DNA of 64,000 nucleotides from Moniliella sp. 'wahieum' (taxonomy: Eukaryota), in NCBI GenBank assembly GCA_003971905.1, contig RSEE01000081.1, positions 186,001-250,000 on the forward strand. Direction: 5' to 3'. A program made the translations under genes and the position numbers. The notes beneath the pieces were generated by a model, which saw only the letters and a program-made list of their open reading frames with translations, ran no database searches and was not told where the DNA came from. Shown one piece after another: positions 25,483 to 37,369 of this stretch. The stretch's first letter is position 1; every line of letters begins with the position of its first letter.

Positions 25483-26196
25483 TCAGAAGGCAAACGAAGG
25501 ATCCTCCTCCTCGGCAAAAAACGCATGGTAAGTGACCATGGTGGAATACACCAGGGCGCCACCTACGATGGCCATGGCGCATGCGGAGGTTGAGAGGAGG
25601 GCAGCATGAGCCAAGGCCAAAGGGAGGGCGATGCCACTGACGAGCATGATGGCTGTGAGAAAGTTGCCGAGGTCACAAAGGCCGTGTTGTAGTCTGCTGA
25701 GTAATCGTCGTGCCCAGCCAAGCGGGAACAGAGCGAGTTGGGGATCGGGGCGAGGACGAAAAGTAGTGCTGTACCCATGCAGAGAAGGGAGTGGGATTGG
25801 GGGGGTTAGTGTGTCGTACGGAGCTACTGAGCCCAGCGGAGAGAAAAGGTGGTCTGCGCATAGTTTCCTGATCCAAGTGCGAAAGCAGATGTACATATAG
25901 GACGCGGACAGTGAATGCAGGGAGGGGGAGGAGGGAGAGACGTACCAACCAAAAGGGGGTACCAGTTGGACCAAAGTGCACACGAAAGAATCAAGAGCAA
26001 AAACCCAAACGCCAAAACAAACGCGAGCCAGATAACCGCTGTCGACGACAACCCCGTTGGTTAGTACTTGGTACTTAGTACTTAGTCCAGATGCAAGATC
26101 CATCCTGGGACCCGGCTCGGGAGTCCTAGCCATTGGACAATAACCAATAGCCATTAGACATTGGACATTGGACATACTGCGAATCCCGGACGCCAT
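25483..26196 (-). CDS. VPS55: Vacuolar protein sorting protein Vps55
   Basis: Spliced MASGIRT|VIWLAFVLAFGFLLLILSCALWSNWYPLLV|ALLFVLAPIPN...LGNFLT...SGIALPLALAH; introns 26039-26177 and 25769-25945; four hydrophobic segments. Confidence 0.92.
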   Translation of the reverse strand: MASGIRSMSNVQCLMAIGYCPMARTPEPGPRMDLASGLSTKYQVLTNGVVVDSGYLARVCFGVWVFALDSFVCTLVQLVPPFGWYVSPSSPSLHSLSASYMYICFRTWIRKLCADHLFSPLGSVAPYDTLTPPIPLPSLHGYSTTFRPRPDPQLALFPLGWARRLLSRLQHGLCDLGNFLTAIMLVSGIALPLALAHAALLSTSACAMAIVGGALVYSTMVTYHAFFAEEEDPSFAF

Positions 26197-26792
26197 CGTG
26201 CCAAAATCAAAGGTGTCCACGACACGAGCAAAGCCAGCACGGTGGAGTTCCAACAACAACGGCCGCCAGAGCGAGCGAGCAAGCAAGCCAGGGAGAGGGT
26301 GAATGGTTGAACGTTGATGGGCTGCCCGGCCAGATGGCGCTCGTAATCGTAATCGATAATCGACGTAATCGCTGAGCTGGACAACGCCACTGCGCGCTTA
26401 CTTCAGCACCGTCGTACTCCTCGACGCGGGTTAAATTGAATTGTTCAGGAGCTGCTATCATCACCACTGTTACTTGGCCCCTCGCGATTAAAATTGGTGC
26501 CAACGATCTTGTGAGATCTGGCTCGATTTCAGAGTGCGGCGACTGCATCCCCGAAACTGGGACCGAATTGGCTGAGACGACGCTCAGCTGGAACCGCGCC
26601 CGCACCATGCACCATGCAACACACAACGCCACTAAGCGCCCAATAGGGGACCCGGGACGTCGTCCTACTCTCTTTGGTTCTCTTGTTGGTATTGCTCGCT
26701 TGCCACCTTCTCACCACTGCTCTTGAAGCTTGAAGCTCAAAGCTTGACGAGCCAAGCCTCTTCGTTGGTTGAGATCCATCCTCGGCACCACC

Positions 26793-27505
26793 ATGGCCAC
26801 CATTTGGAACGCGATCTGGAGCTTGATCCCACAAGGTTCTCCTGTCCCGCACGCGGTACCTCAAGTGGGGAACAAGCGCCGCCGCACCCTGTGCTGAATG
26901 GCAAGCCTACCATTATCGCTTTCCCGCGGCACTGCGGGTGTCCCTTTGCTCAAAAGGAGGTCTTGACCCTCGGCGAGCTGACCAAAACGTACAAGGACAA
27001 GGATAAGGACTTGCATGTGATCATCGTCCAGCACTCGCCCCAAGACGTTACCCAGCAATGGTTCGATGCAATTGGGTACGTTCCCCCCCCCCTCTCTCCC
27101 GCTTTGCACCTTGCCTTTTCCCCCTCTTTTCTCCCCCCGCTCCCTCTCACCGAAACAGGTGCACTAACGCTACGCCCTACGCCTATGTGGAACGAATAGC
27201 GGTCCCGCTGCGTTCGGCGATGCTTCGCGGTACACGTTACTGTCCGATCCTTCGCGGGAGCTTTATGCGCTGTGGGGGGTGGGTACGTTAGGATGGACGT
27301 CGCTGTTGGATCGCGGGGCGTTGGGTAAGATTTCGCAGTTGGCCAAGGAGAATATTTCGGTCACTACGTTTGCTGGGTCGTACCGCTGGCAAAATTCAGG
27401 TGGGTTGCAGTGACGGAGCAAGGTACGGTAGCTTGGTGTCATATCGCAACCACTGCGAGCGATATGTGCGATTACGAAGCGGCGGCAAAGAGTTTGTTCG
27501 AGTGA
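26793..27505 (+). CDS. Thioredoxin-fold AhpC/TSA-like (PRXL2-type) protein
   Basis: IIAFPRHCGCPFAQKE, LLSDPSRELYALWGVG, RWQNSGG; intron about 27076-27199; frameshifts. Confidence 0.8.
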
Positions 27506-28403
27506 TTCAAATGGGGAGATAAGGTGGTGTAGGGCCCGCGGGGGGGGGAGCAGAGCGGGTTCCTGTTCCCTTTCCTATGTCGTATGTTGTGCGAGTGAAG
27601 GTGCTTATATACCTGCAAAGAGCAGGAGGTGCGAACATGGGTTGTTACGACGTATGGTCGATGATATATGATGCAGGATGCAGGAAGGCGGCGAAAGAGA
27701 GAGGTATAGGCACGTGAAGCAGGTGGCAAAGTAAAGACAGAACGCCGACCTGAGCGCTGAGCCTGAGCAGAGAAGGGCAACCGTTACTCAGTTCGTCAAT
27801 GACGTTCAAGATTACCATTGGTATGCACCACGTTTTTCACGTGTTGGAACAAAGTTGTCTGGCGACGGTGCTCTCTGTTTCGGTAACGATGTATCATGAA
27901 CCACGGGGCCCGACAGACGTGCCATCATTGATGATATGTGACAGCCTACTGTATTTATCTGGAGCCTGTCCCCACGGCTCTCCTTCGTGATGCTTGCACT
28001 CCTACTAGAGCCATCGATTCGGGGTACCCTGATCAGACCTACTCACCCGACTGGCATCGCTGCGGCTATATAATGTTTCCCCTCCACGCCGTAGCCACCC
28101 CTTCGCCCTGAGGTAGGCTTAACCAACCGAACCTCCGTTTTTCACCGAGAGGGGATGTTATATCAAGAGAAACGTAAGCCAAGATACCGTCTCATCTTCT
28201 TTTGCACTGCCCCCCCCCCCCCCCTCGCTCTCCGAGGGCAGGCCCAGATCATGCACATTGGCATTGGGTTCTCGGTGTTTCCTTCCAGTCCTCGTATGGA
28301 GCAAACGATCGCTACAAAGGAAATAGAGGGCACAGGGAGACTGAGTAGTGATGAAGTCGATGAAGCTTGAAGGAGATACGCGGTGCCGAAATGATTGATG
28401 ATA

Positions 28404-28557
28404 CTTGAAGCTTGAAGCTTGAAGCTTGAAGCTTGAAGCTTGAAGCTTGAAGCTTGAAGCTTGACAATCGACAAGATTCCGCTGTCCCTCAGGCCTCCTC
28501 TCATCCGCCAGATCTAAGAAAACTTCAAGCTTCAAGCTTCAAGCTTCAAGCTTTAAG
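28404..28557. repeat. Inverted pair of heptamer arrays, (CTTGAAG)8 and (CTTCAAG)4
   Basis: Eight copies at 28404-28459; four reverse-complement copies at 28523-28550 plus CTTTAAG. Confidence 0.92.
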
Positions 28558-30982
28558 GGCTTCAAAACATGCTCTCAGAACTCCGCCATCTGCTCCACCT
28601 GGAGAGCATGCCGGATGGACCGACATGATATTGAACGTCCTGGGATCCTGAGAGCCACAGGTCTCAGGCTGAGCGCTAAGGCCGGTTCAGGGGGACTCAC
28701 TGATGCGTCCCACACATGCATCATCACGCATCGTCAACGACCGTTTGGTTCGGGCCCTCAGGAATGGTAAGAAATGGTATGATCAGTATATCAGTGCGCT
28801 GAATTGTTGGGATGACGGTCATCCTCCGCATCTTGGCGTTGTTCTTCCCACGCGTCTTCGGGCCAACATGGCGTTGCTCGCGAATCCTATAATTAAGTGG
28901 TGGGTGTGTTGTGCCTGCATATGTGGCGCCTCCCTTTTTTGACGGAGGTGTCAACGTGTCAGCCACAGCGAGTTGCACGTTGCTGGTTTGTCCGATTGGG
29001 CCTTTCAGGTCCTCAAGTCCCAGGGGGGGAGAGTGGGCGGGGGGGGATAGGTCGACTAGAGGACGACTTGAAGAAAAACTTGAGGTCGTTACTCGTAGTA
29101 TAGTACTTCATTGTTACCGTGGGATGATGGATGACGGATGAGTGTGGGTGGGACCGAGTGTAGATGGCTAACACACATCAGTATGGAGAGAGGCGTTTAG
29201 GCGTGGCTGAGAACTGAACCTGAGGACCGAGTTCAGTGCGGCGGGATATAGTCCTGTTGAGTATATACTGCAGAGTACTGAGAGTATATACTGAACCGTC
29301 GACGGCAGAGCTTTTCCTAGACCTAATCGACCCCACTGGGCACGAGAATGCACACATCCACAGCGAATGGAGAAGCGCCGACAGTCTGTCTGGCGTTGAT
29401 GTCCAGTAGCTAGGAGCGACGGACAGCAGGACGCAACGCAGTCGTTGGCGTGTGTACCACGAGTCTATACACGCAGTGCGGCGCACTTGTCCAGTCATTC
29501 GATCCTCGATCAATAGCGATCATCGATCCCCGATCTTGTCCAGATCGATCTCGATCAGATCTTGCGCCGCCATGGCGCATGGGGGCATTGTGCGGGGGCG
29601 TACTGGGGTGCATATGCGAGCCATGCCAGCCTGCTCCCTCGGCCTCGCCAGCGCTGCGGGTCGCATGCAGTCGTGTATATACTTGGCTGCAGCGCGGCAT
29701 TACGCGGTACGCGTTGCGCCGACGCGGTATATGCGTCGCATGTTACATGTTACAGCCGCCCGCACTGGGCCAGTCTTGTTGCTCCCCAAAGGCCAGGCAC
29801 GCACGGAGTGTACAGAGCAGAGGGCTAGCATAGCAGGCATAGCTGCCACTCTGCACCCCAGCGAGCGACCACACCCGCCTCCAACGCCACTGCCTTCTTG
29901 TCTGCTGGCCCTCCACCACACCTCTCGCTGGCAGCAGAGCATCCACCTGTCCCTGCCACCACAGCCACTGCCCCTGTCACTGCCACCCCCTTCTCTCTGC
30001 ACAGCGTGTATACGCGTCTCGCTCCACACACTCCTCCCTTTCTTTCTCCACCCTCCACCCCTCTCTGCCATTGGCTTGTCCGCACATCCTCTCCAGGGGG
30101 ACCACTCGGTCCTCTGCTTCTTCCTCTACCTGAACGCTCGCCACACAAACACACCACCCGATCCTCCTTCAGCTTAGTACAGCCTCGCTTTCCATCCTAT
30201 TTTGGCCATCAGCACCAACAAAACCCTTCAGCCATTCCACCCGCCCCCTCTTTCCCATTTCTTTTCTCTTCTAAGCAGCCGATGACGTTCTGCATCCCCC
30301 CCCCGCCGGGTCTCGTCCCTACGACTCCCATTCCCACATCGAACCACCGTCCGTGTGCCCTTTCGCTTTCTCCCCACCCAACGCCTCGTTTTCCCTGTCG
30401 TCTGCGTCTGTGTTCTTTTTGCACCCGATTCTCTGTGATCAAGAGCTCTCGTCGCCCCTTTTTGCCAGCAACACGCGAACGCACCAGCGTCTCTTCTGTT
30501 GCCCAGGCTCTTTATTTACCCCTCCATTGTCCAATGACCCACTAAGTTCCTACATCCCCAGCTTTAGACCTTCCGTGAGTGTCGTTTCTGGCCCCCGAAG
30601 CGCATCCATTCTTTCATCTCGTGTGTTGCGCTGGCCTGACCATGTATCTTCACACCACAGGATATCGTTAAGGTCGTTTCGCTCGACATTGTACAACGCG
30701 TCTTTCTGTCGTTGTACCTTGCTTGAGCATAACACTATTATTCCAGCACTTGCTTTGCTCTTTACATTTCCGCTTCATCCTTTTGCCTTGCTTTACTCCT
30801 ACAAGCAATTGTGTCCGTTACTTTACTTTTCCGTATCTCCTATACCCTTTTGGTATAGAACCCCTCTGTTCCATTTCTTTTTGGCGTCCGGTAACGTTAC
30901 GCCTCCCTCGTGGCATTCCCTCCTTTCCGTCCCTCCGTCTCCCATACTCCCAACAACATTATCAAACAACTAAGAACCTGTC

Positions 30983-33900
30983 ATGAAGACCGTGACGGAT
31001 TCCGATCCTCTTGATCTCGAAGCTTTGCTCGAGAGTACGGAATTTCAGGCCGCAGAGCCTTTCTCGGGTCTTAATCCAACGATGGAAGCATTGATGGATC
31101 CGTTCAGATTGGACGGTGACGGTTCTCGTCTCTCCTTTCAAGCAATGTCGACATGGACAATTTCGGTTTGGAAGGCTTCCCTGCCGGCCCCAACCTATCT
31201 CTGACCTCGCATTTTCTCATCGGGCCAGATGCCATTCTCTGACCCCGCCAATTTGCAGTTTGACCATCCATTATTATCGGATATGGATATGCCAACTTCG
31301 GGGAAGATAATGGAAGCAACAAAAATGCGGAGGTGGGATTGCCCTTGCGCGAAATATTCCCTTCTTTGGCCGGACATGCCTCTGATTCAGACGGCATGAC
31401 TTCATTTTCTCCTCCATCCCGGCCGTGGTGCAGCAACACACCCTTCCCTGGATCCAGCCCGAACCGAACTGAGCACATTTTCCCTTCCGTTTGTAGTGGA
31501 AACTCAGGGCGTACCAAGGGAAAATGTCACAAACCTCGTTCCATCCAAACCGGTGAACTCAAGCCACGTTACAAAACGTATCATCAACGTATCCGTCAGT
31601 ACCACCGTATCCGTTCCCAGTATTGGCTCGGGCGCAAGGCTTGCCTACTGCCCGGCCAATCACAACAACAGGGAACGATCGGCTGCGGGCCGCGGATGGC
31701 TGGTCCGCAAGCAGGGGTGTCTCTACAAGATCGTCGGCGCCAACGCCACCTGAAGCAACAGCAACCTATTTTTCTAGCCCAGCCCTGGTGGGAGCGTCAA
31801 ACCCATTTGAGCTCTTCTTTCCCTTCGCTGATTCCGGAAAAAGGCAAGAAGCGCACTTTATCTGTGACAGAGCCAGCACCTGATTTGTCCGCGCCTCCTA
31901 CCAAATTTGCACGGAAGGCTACTAGTGCTTGGCAGCTTATCCCCTCCGTCCAAACACTCCCCTACATCCCAGCCTGCCTTCACTTCATGTCTTGACGGAT
32001 ACGTAGGGGAGATGAAACGGGCATGGGCATGCCTACTGCCACTATCACTTCGAACACGGTGTTGCCAAATGTGGTTAGTCCGCAGGTGTGATGCCAGCAA
32101 CCGAGCACATTCACGGTGCCACTTCATCTTTATCAGGGTTTGACGTCCTCACCGCCCTGGCGAAGGTAGCCGCCCGCCCAAATCCGGAATCAACATGGGC
32201 CCAGTGGACGAGTCATGTTCATTACTGTGGATGTGGACCTTGCGGACCAGCCTGTGGTTGTACTGCTCTGACGCATTCCTGCAATTGACGGGATACGCGA
32301 AGCACGAAGTCATTGGTCGAAACTGTCGCTTCTTCAAGCACCGGCTGGAATTGTACCAAAGGGATATCACCTACGGCTACGGACCCCAGGCGATTCGACA
32401 CTTGGCCATCCTCTTATCCCAGAAGAAAGAGTGTCAGGCGAGCTTGATCAATTACCGCAAGGACGGCCGCCCTTTCATCAACTTGGTCACCATTGTTCCC
32501 ATCCGATGGGACGATCCGGATGCATCAAGTAATGGTAGGATTTCAAATCGACTGATTGAACAACTGGATCGATGTGGAGAAGAGAGCGGACGGATCGTAC
32601 ATTGTCAACTACTCGTCCCTCACCCCCTTGCCGCTTCCACAAGGTTCCGCCAGTATTGGGCATACAGAGCCGGCTTCGCTGTCCCACTCAAGGAAACATC
32701 CACCGTTGGTTCTGACGGATGAGGAACTTGACGCTGAGCGTACTCTAGAGAATGCGTTTAACGTATCGGATGCCGTGAGCGGTAACATGCAAGATCCGCA
32801 AGCTCGAGCCTGCCTGATCCTCGAGAACTCTCCTGACGTGACATATGTTTTGTCATTGAAGGGTACATTCTTTTACGTCTCCTCATCGGTCGAGTACATT
32901 CTTGGCTTTAAGCCATCGGAGCTGATTGGCTGCTCGATTGCCGACTTTATGCATCCGTCGGACGTTGTGCCCGTATTCCGGGAGCTGAAGGACTCTACCT
33001 CGAATGCCGCCATTGCCGCCTCCGCTCAATCGGCTTCACATCGTCGTGGGTGTAGGAAAGAGCTGCAGGACCTACGGTCAACCTCATGTTCCGTATGCGG
33101 TGCAAGGACAACTCGTACCTCTGGATCGAGTCGGCGGGAAAGCTTGTTATCCAGCAGGGCAAAGGACGCAAGGTAGTAGTTTCGACCGGTCGTCCCCGAC
33201 CAGAGTATCATCTTGGAGAGAAGATCGTAACTGAATCTGCCTTGACCCAGCAGGGCTTCTGGGCCCGCGTTTCGACCGACGGCTTGTTTCTCACTGTTCT
33301 CTCTCCGTAACCCATGTTCTGCATCTTTCTCCATCTGCCTTGATCGGACATGGCTTCAAGGACCTTTGTGATCCACTGGCTGTCCCAGCGCTGATTCGGG
33401 CGGTACGCATGCCCACACCTACCTCTGTTCTTCACACTCTACCTACCAGCAACGGGGCTACATCACTGGTCGTATCGAGCTTTTACCCAAGCGCTCTTCA
33501 ACGTCCTGATGGCACCCCCACTCTCCACTCGGAATGTAAGTGTGTGGGTTCACATCGCCCGTGCCACCCCCAACCAGTTGGCCAATCTGATTCCCAATGT
33601 AACCCTGGCCATTGACCCGGGCCTCATCGCCCTGTCTTCCCAAGGCCAGGACGATACATTTGCCGAACTGGATACGCTGCGCGGATCCAACTGGAGCTAC
33701 GAACTGCATCGGCTGCAGAATACTAACCGGCATTTGAAGCAAGCCATCCACCTCGCTCGCTGCAAGCGCGTCGCCTCCCTGGGACCCGACGGATCTTGCG
33801 TCGGTCTCTCGCCGTCCCTCGACCCAGGTGAACGACAGGGCAGGACAAACTGCGTCGGCCGGACCGACACAGGGTACGGTAGGGGACATGTTGGATGACC

Positions 33901-34190
33901 CACGTGCGCCATATGCGTCCAGATCCAGAGCGGTCCTGTCGAACCCGTTGGCTCTGATTCGGAACACACGCCCGAGCCAGACACCTTCTTCGTCTTGCGA
34001 CTCAAGTTCCGGGGTCAACTCGAGGGTCAGCTCGGGCTCAGGCTTACTTTCCACCACCTCGACTGGGTCTACCTTGGCCGCACGCGCGTCCACCAGGGCC
34101 ACTTCGTCCCTGTCGTCGACAGTTATGTCATCGGACGAGAGTGGAAAAGATAGTACCAAGCCAGATGCGGTTGGTGGGTCTAGCTCTTGA
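30983..34190 (+). CDS. wc-1: White collar-1 blue-light photoreceptor (LOV plus PAS domains)
   Basis: SGFDVLTALAKVAARPNP, GPVD, LOV core LTGY..HEVIGRNCRF(LQ), INYRKDGRPFINLVTIVP; PAS VLSLKGTFFYVS..HPSDVVPVFRELKDS; GKGRK; SNWSYELHRLQNTNRHLK. Many frameshifts; both ends approximate. Confidence 0.9.
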
Positions 34191-36354
34191 CCACGGGGAC
34201 GAAGCTCAGGTGAGAATCTTCCAACGTCGGAATCGACCATGGCATGAGAGCCTACCAAGGTCCGGTTCTTCCCTGGACAAAACCGTTGGGCTTGAGCATG
34301 AGTCAGTCCTCTCTTCCTTGACCCTGGGCTTCGACTATGTCAAGGTTCAACGTCCTATGCCAACACAGGAGATGAACATTATCATCACAAGAAGGGTCCG
34401 GACCGAGGCCCCGTGCAGCCATAGGTGTAAACAGGATGCAGGCACTTCCAGAGAGGTGGAAAGGCCAATATGCAGAACCCGTGTTTTCAAAGGTCCTACG
34501 GACGCTGCGCAGTCAGACGCAGCAGATGAACGGGTCTATACCAAGATTGGGCGCGATGAATACAATAAAGCATCGTAGTACAAGGGGTATACAGTCTCTT
34601 GGAGACCCTACGGTCGACCCACCGTAAATTCGCTTGGATTGTTAGTGGATCGGATGCGGGGGGGGGGCGGGTATATAAAGACAAAGAGTGCCCTCTCGGA
34701 GTATATAGCAGAAGAGACGGCTGTAATGAATATGGCGAGGCTTCTTCTGCACCGCAGCTTAGGCAGTAAACTTGACGTATCTGAAGCCTCCAGGGCTTTT
34801 CGCTGAGACGGGAAAGTGCACTGCCATCCAGAGCTGTAATATAGTAATACTGGACCGGGACGGGCTTCGGTGTGGTTGGAACGGGACTCTGCGTCCGGAG
34901 ATAACAGGAGCGCCCTGTACCCTTGTCCTCTATCCTGTTCTTATATCTCTCTCTTTCCTACATGCAGAAAGCAGCCAGATGTTACACGTGTTACATGTTA
35001 CACCGGATTTGAACTGCATCCGTTCATGTTCACACATTCACCTGGCAACAGCCAGGGTGGTTCGGGGAAAAGCCGATTAGAAAATGGTAGAGCTGTGCCG
35101 GACTATATAGACATCTACTAAGTACTAATATGGGACCGTGACGAACTAGTACAAAGAGGTTCTATCCGCTGTGAAGATATGACTTGTTGTCAAAGATCTG
35201 TCGATACGGGTTGATCGACATCGTATATCTCTGATCGATCCTGTGCGCGCTGCGCCCTGACGCATCGCGTGACTATGTCTGTGCCTCTGACATCTGAGAT
35301 TGAGATACGAGAAGACGCGCACCAGGGGCTGCAGCTCCGCGGTGGTGGTGGTGGTGGACCCACCGAATCATACTGTTCATGTTGTATCGAGGGTTATTGT
35401 TAGCAGCAGTAATCGGTAACCGGTAACTTCTAATAGGTTCTAGCAACCGGTTTTGCCGATGCTATATGGCCCGAGCTACGTTCCCTTGGCGTTAGTCCTA
35501 TTAGATTTCTGCCACAAACTAAACGTACAAAGGTCCCGTCACGCGTCACATCACATGCACATGTTACTTGCACACGTCACGTCACGTGCACCCGCGCCGG
35601 CCACCTTGGCCACCCATTGTGCGGGCCCGGTCGGAACCACCGTCCTACGTCAGTAATACTACACTCGGTAGTCAGTACGAGCATCTGGACTTCCGACCCC
35701 ACTGCACGCGAGGCAGGCTAGGCCTCAGGCCGGGACCTACCCCGAGCAAGCCGGACCCTCATCGATCATCCGTGCAGGCCCGCCCACGCTCTCTTCTGCC
35801 CCCGTCCCTTCAGGCACACACCTGTCCCTATACCTCACTCATCGATCATCCCACTGCGCCTCACGCCCCACGTGCAGCTATTACTCGTGGCGCCCAGCGC
35901 CTTCTCTCTGCACCGGGCCTTCTCTTTTTCCGCCACACGACTGGAGCCCCTTCTGCTACCCCTGCACACCACACCCCACGCAGACACAGATGAGACGGTA
36001 TATAGTAGTGAGTACTGAGTGGGTAACGCTCGACCAGCAGACACTTTTCCCGGCGGCGGTCAGTACTATACCCAGTACTCAGTGGTCCGTACTGAGACTC
36101 AATACTCACTATATTGGGTTGGTTTGTTCCATCTCAATCAGGAGTGACTGGAATGACTGTGTATGATACATCATGCTGACAAGAGTATGACTCATGCAAG
36201 CTAGCTTGAAGCTTGGCTGGCGTTATATAGAGCTTAGTACCCACGACGGGCGCCTTTTTGGAACCCTTGGCGCGTATTACATGTTACAGTGCCTCAAACA
36301 ATAACCCCCTGGTAAAAGGGTTTCTCAGCCGCCGCCTTGTTCAGCCTCGACGTC

Positions 36355-36441
36355 TCAGTGCTCAGCCTGAGCCCCGAGCCCCGAACCCTGAGCCCTGAGC
36401 CCTGAGCGCTAAGCGCTGAGGCTGAGACTCCTCAGCGCTCA
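36355..36441. repeat. 7-bp periodic TGA/TCA-N4 array (GCCC/GCGC spacers)
   Basis: TGA-GCCC-CGA-GCCC-CGA-ACCC-TGA-GCCC-TGA-GCCC-TGA-GCGC-TAA-GCGC-TGA...TCA-GCGC-TCA. Confidence 0.8.
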
Positions 36442-37369
36442 GTTTTTGCATGTACCACGACACGGACCATGGTCCGGAGTCTCTCGGGGAACAGCTCGGC
36501 AACCGGTAACCAGTAACCGGTACCCATTAACCGTGGAGTGTTACACGTTAAACGCGGCAGCTGTTCCATTCTGTGCACTCATGCCCACACTCACGACCTT
36601 CAATTCTTTCGCACGTGCCTACTAACCCAACCACATGCGTGCCTCAGCGAGCCTTACTTCTTGGCAGCCTGAGACGTAGCCAAGCTCAGGCTGAGCGTTG
36701 AGCTTTTGAGCCTCCGCGCTGAAAATGACGACCTGTGCCCGCCCCTAGCGTCAAAAGCCGCTTTAATCAGTACTTAGTGCTCAATTTTCAAGCGTTTTCA
36801 AAAGCTTCACCTTCAAGCTTCGCAGCTCCAAGCTTCACCACGGTATATTAGTACATGTCACACGTAGTCACCCTGTCACCTGGTCACCACGAGTTAATCC
36901 CAAACACGGGGCGCAGCATTTCGGCGAATAGTACTCTCTATCTTTTTCCCTTCCAATGCCCAGTCCCGAGGCTCAGGGCTCTTTCAGCTCCGGTATGAGG
37001 CCCTGAGACGGATCTGAGGTGACTGTCACCCATGCTACTCTGCCTGTCCTGCCTGGTAGGTCCAAGAGGCGGTGATAATGTTGGATAGTTGTCGATGACC
37101 CGATGATCGATCGATGACCACTCTATGACCGCGCCGTAAGGCGTAAAGGAGCCGGTGTGACTTGTGTCTGTGATATGCGTGGCGGTCCGGTTTGTAGGTG
37201 TCGGGTCTGCTATATCCCCCCCCCCAGCATCTCCGGCTATCTATTATTGCCACCGCGCCTCATCTGCTCAACCTCTTTATTGTTCTTCTGTTAATCCTGA
37301 GAAGACCTCATCTGCATCCCTCTCGCCACCACAACCACCTCTGCATGTACCCTATTCTTGGCAGTGGCC

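Noticed and set aside
28404..28557. CRISPR array or transposon terminal inverted repeats
   Set aside because: Units are 7 bp with no unique spacers, no cas or transposase gene and no target-site duplication; the context is eukaryotic.
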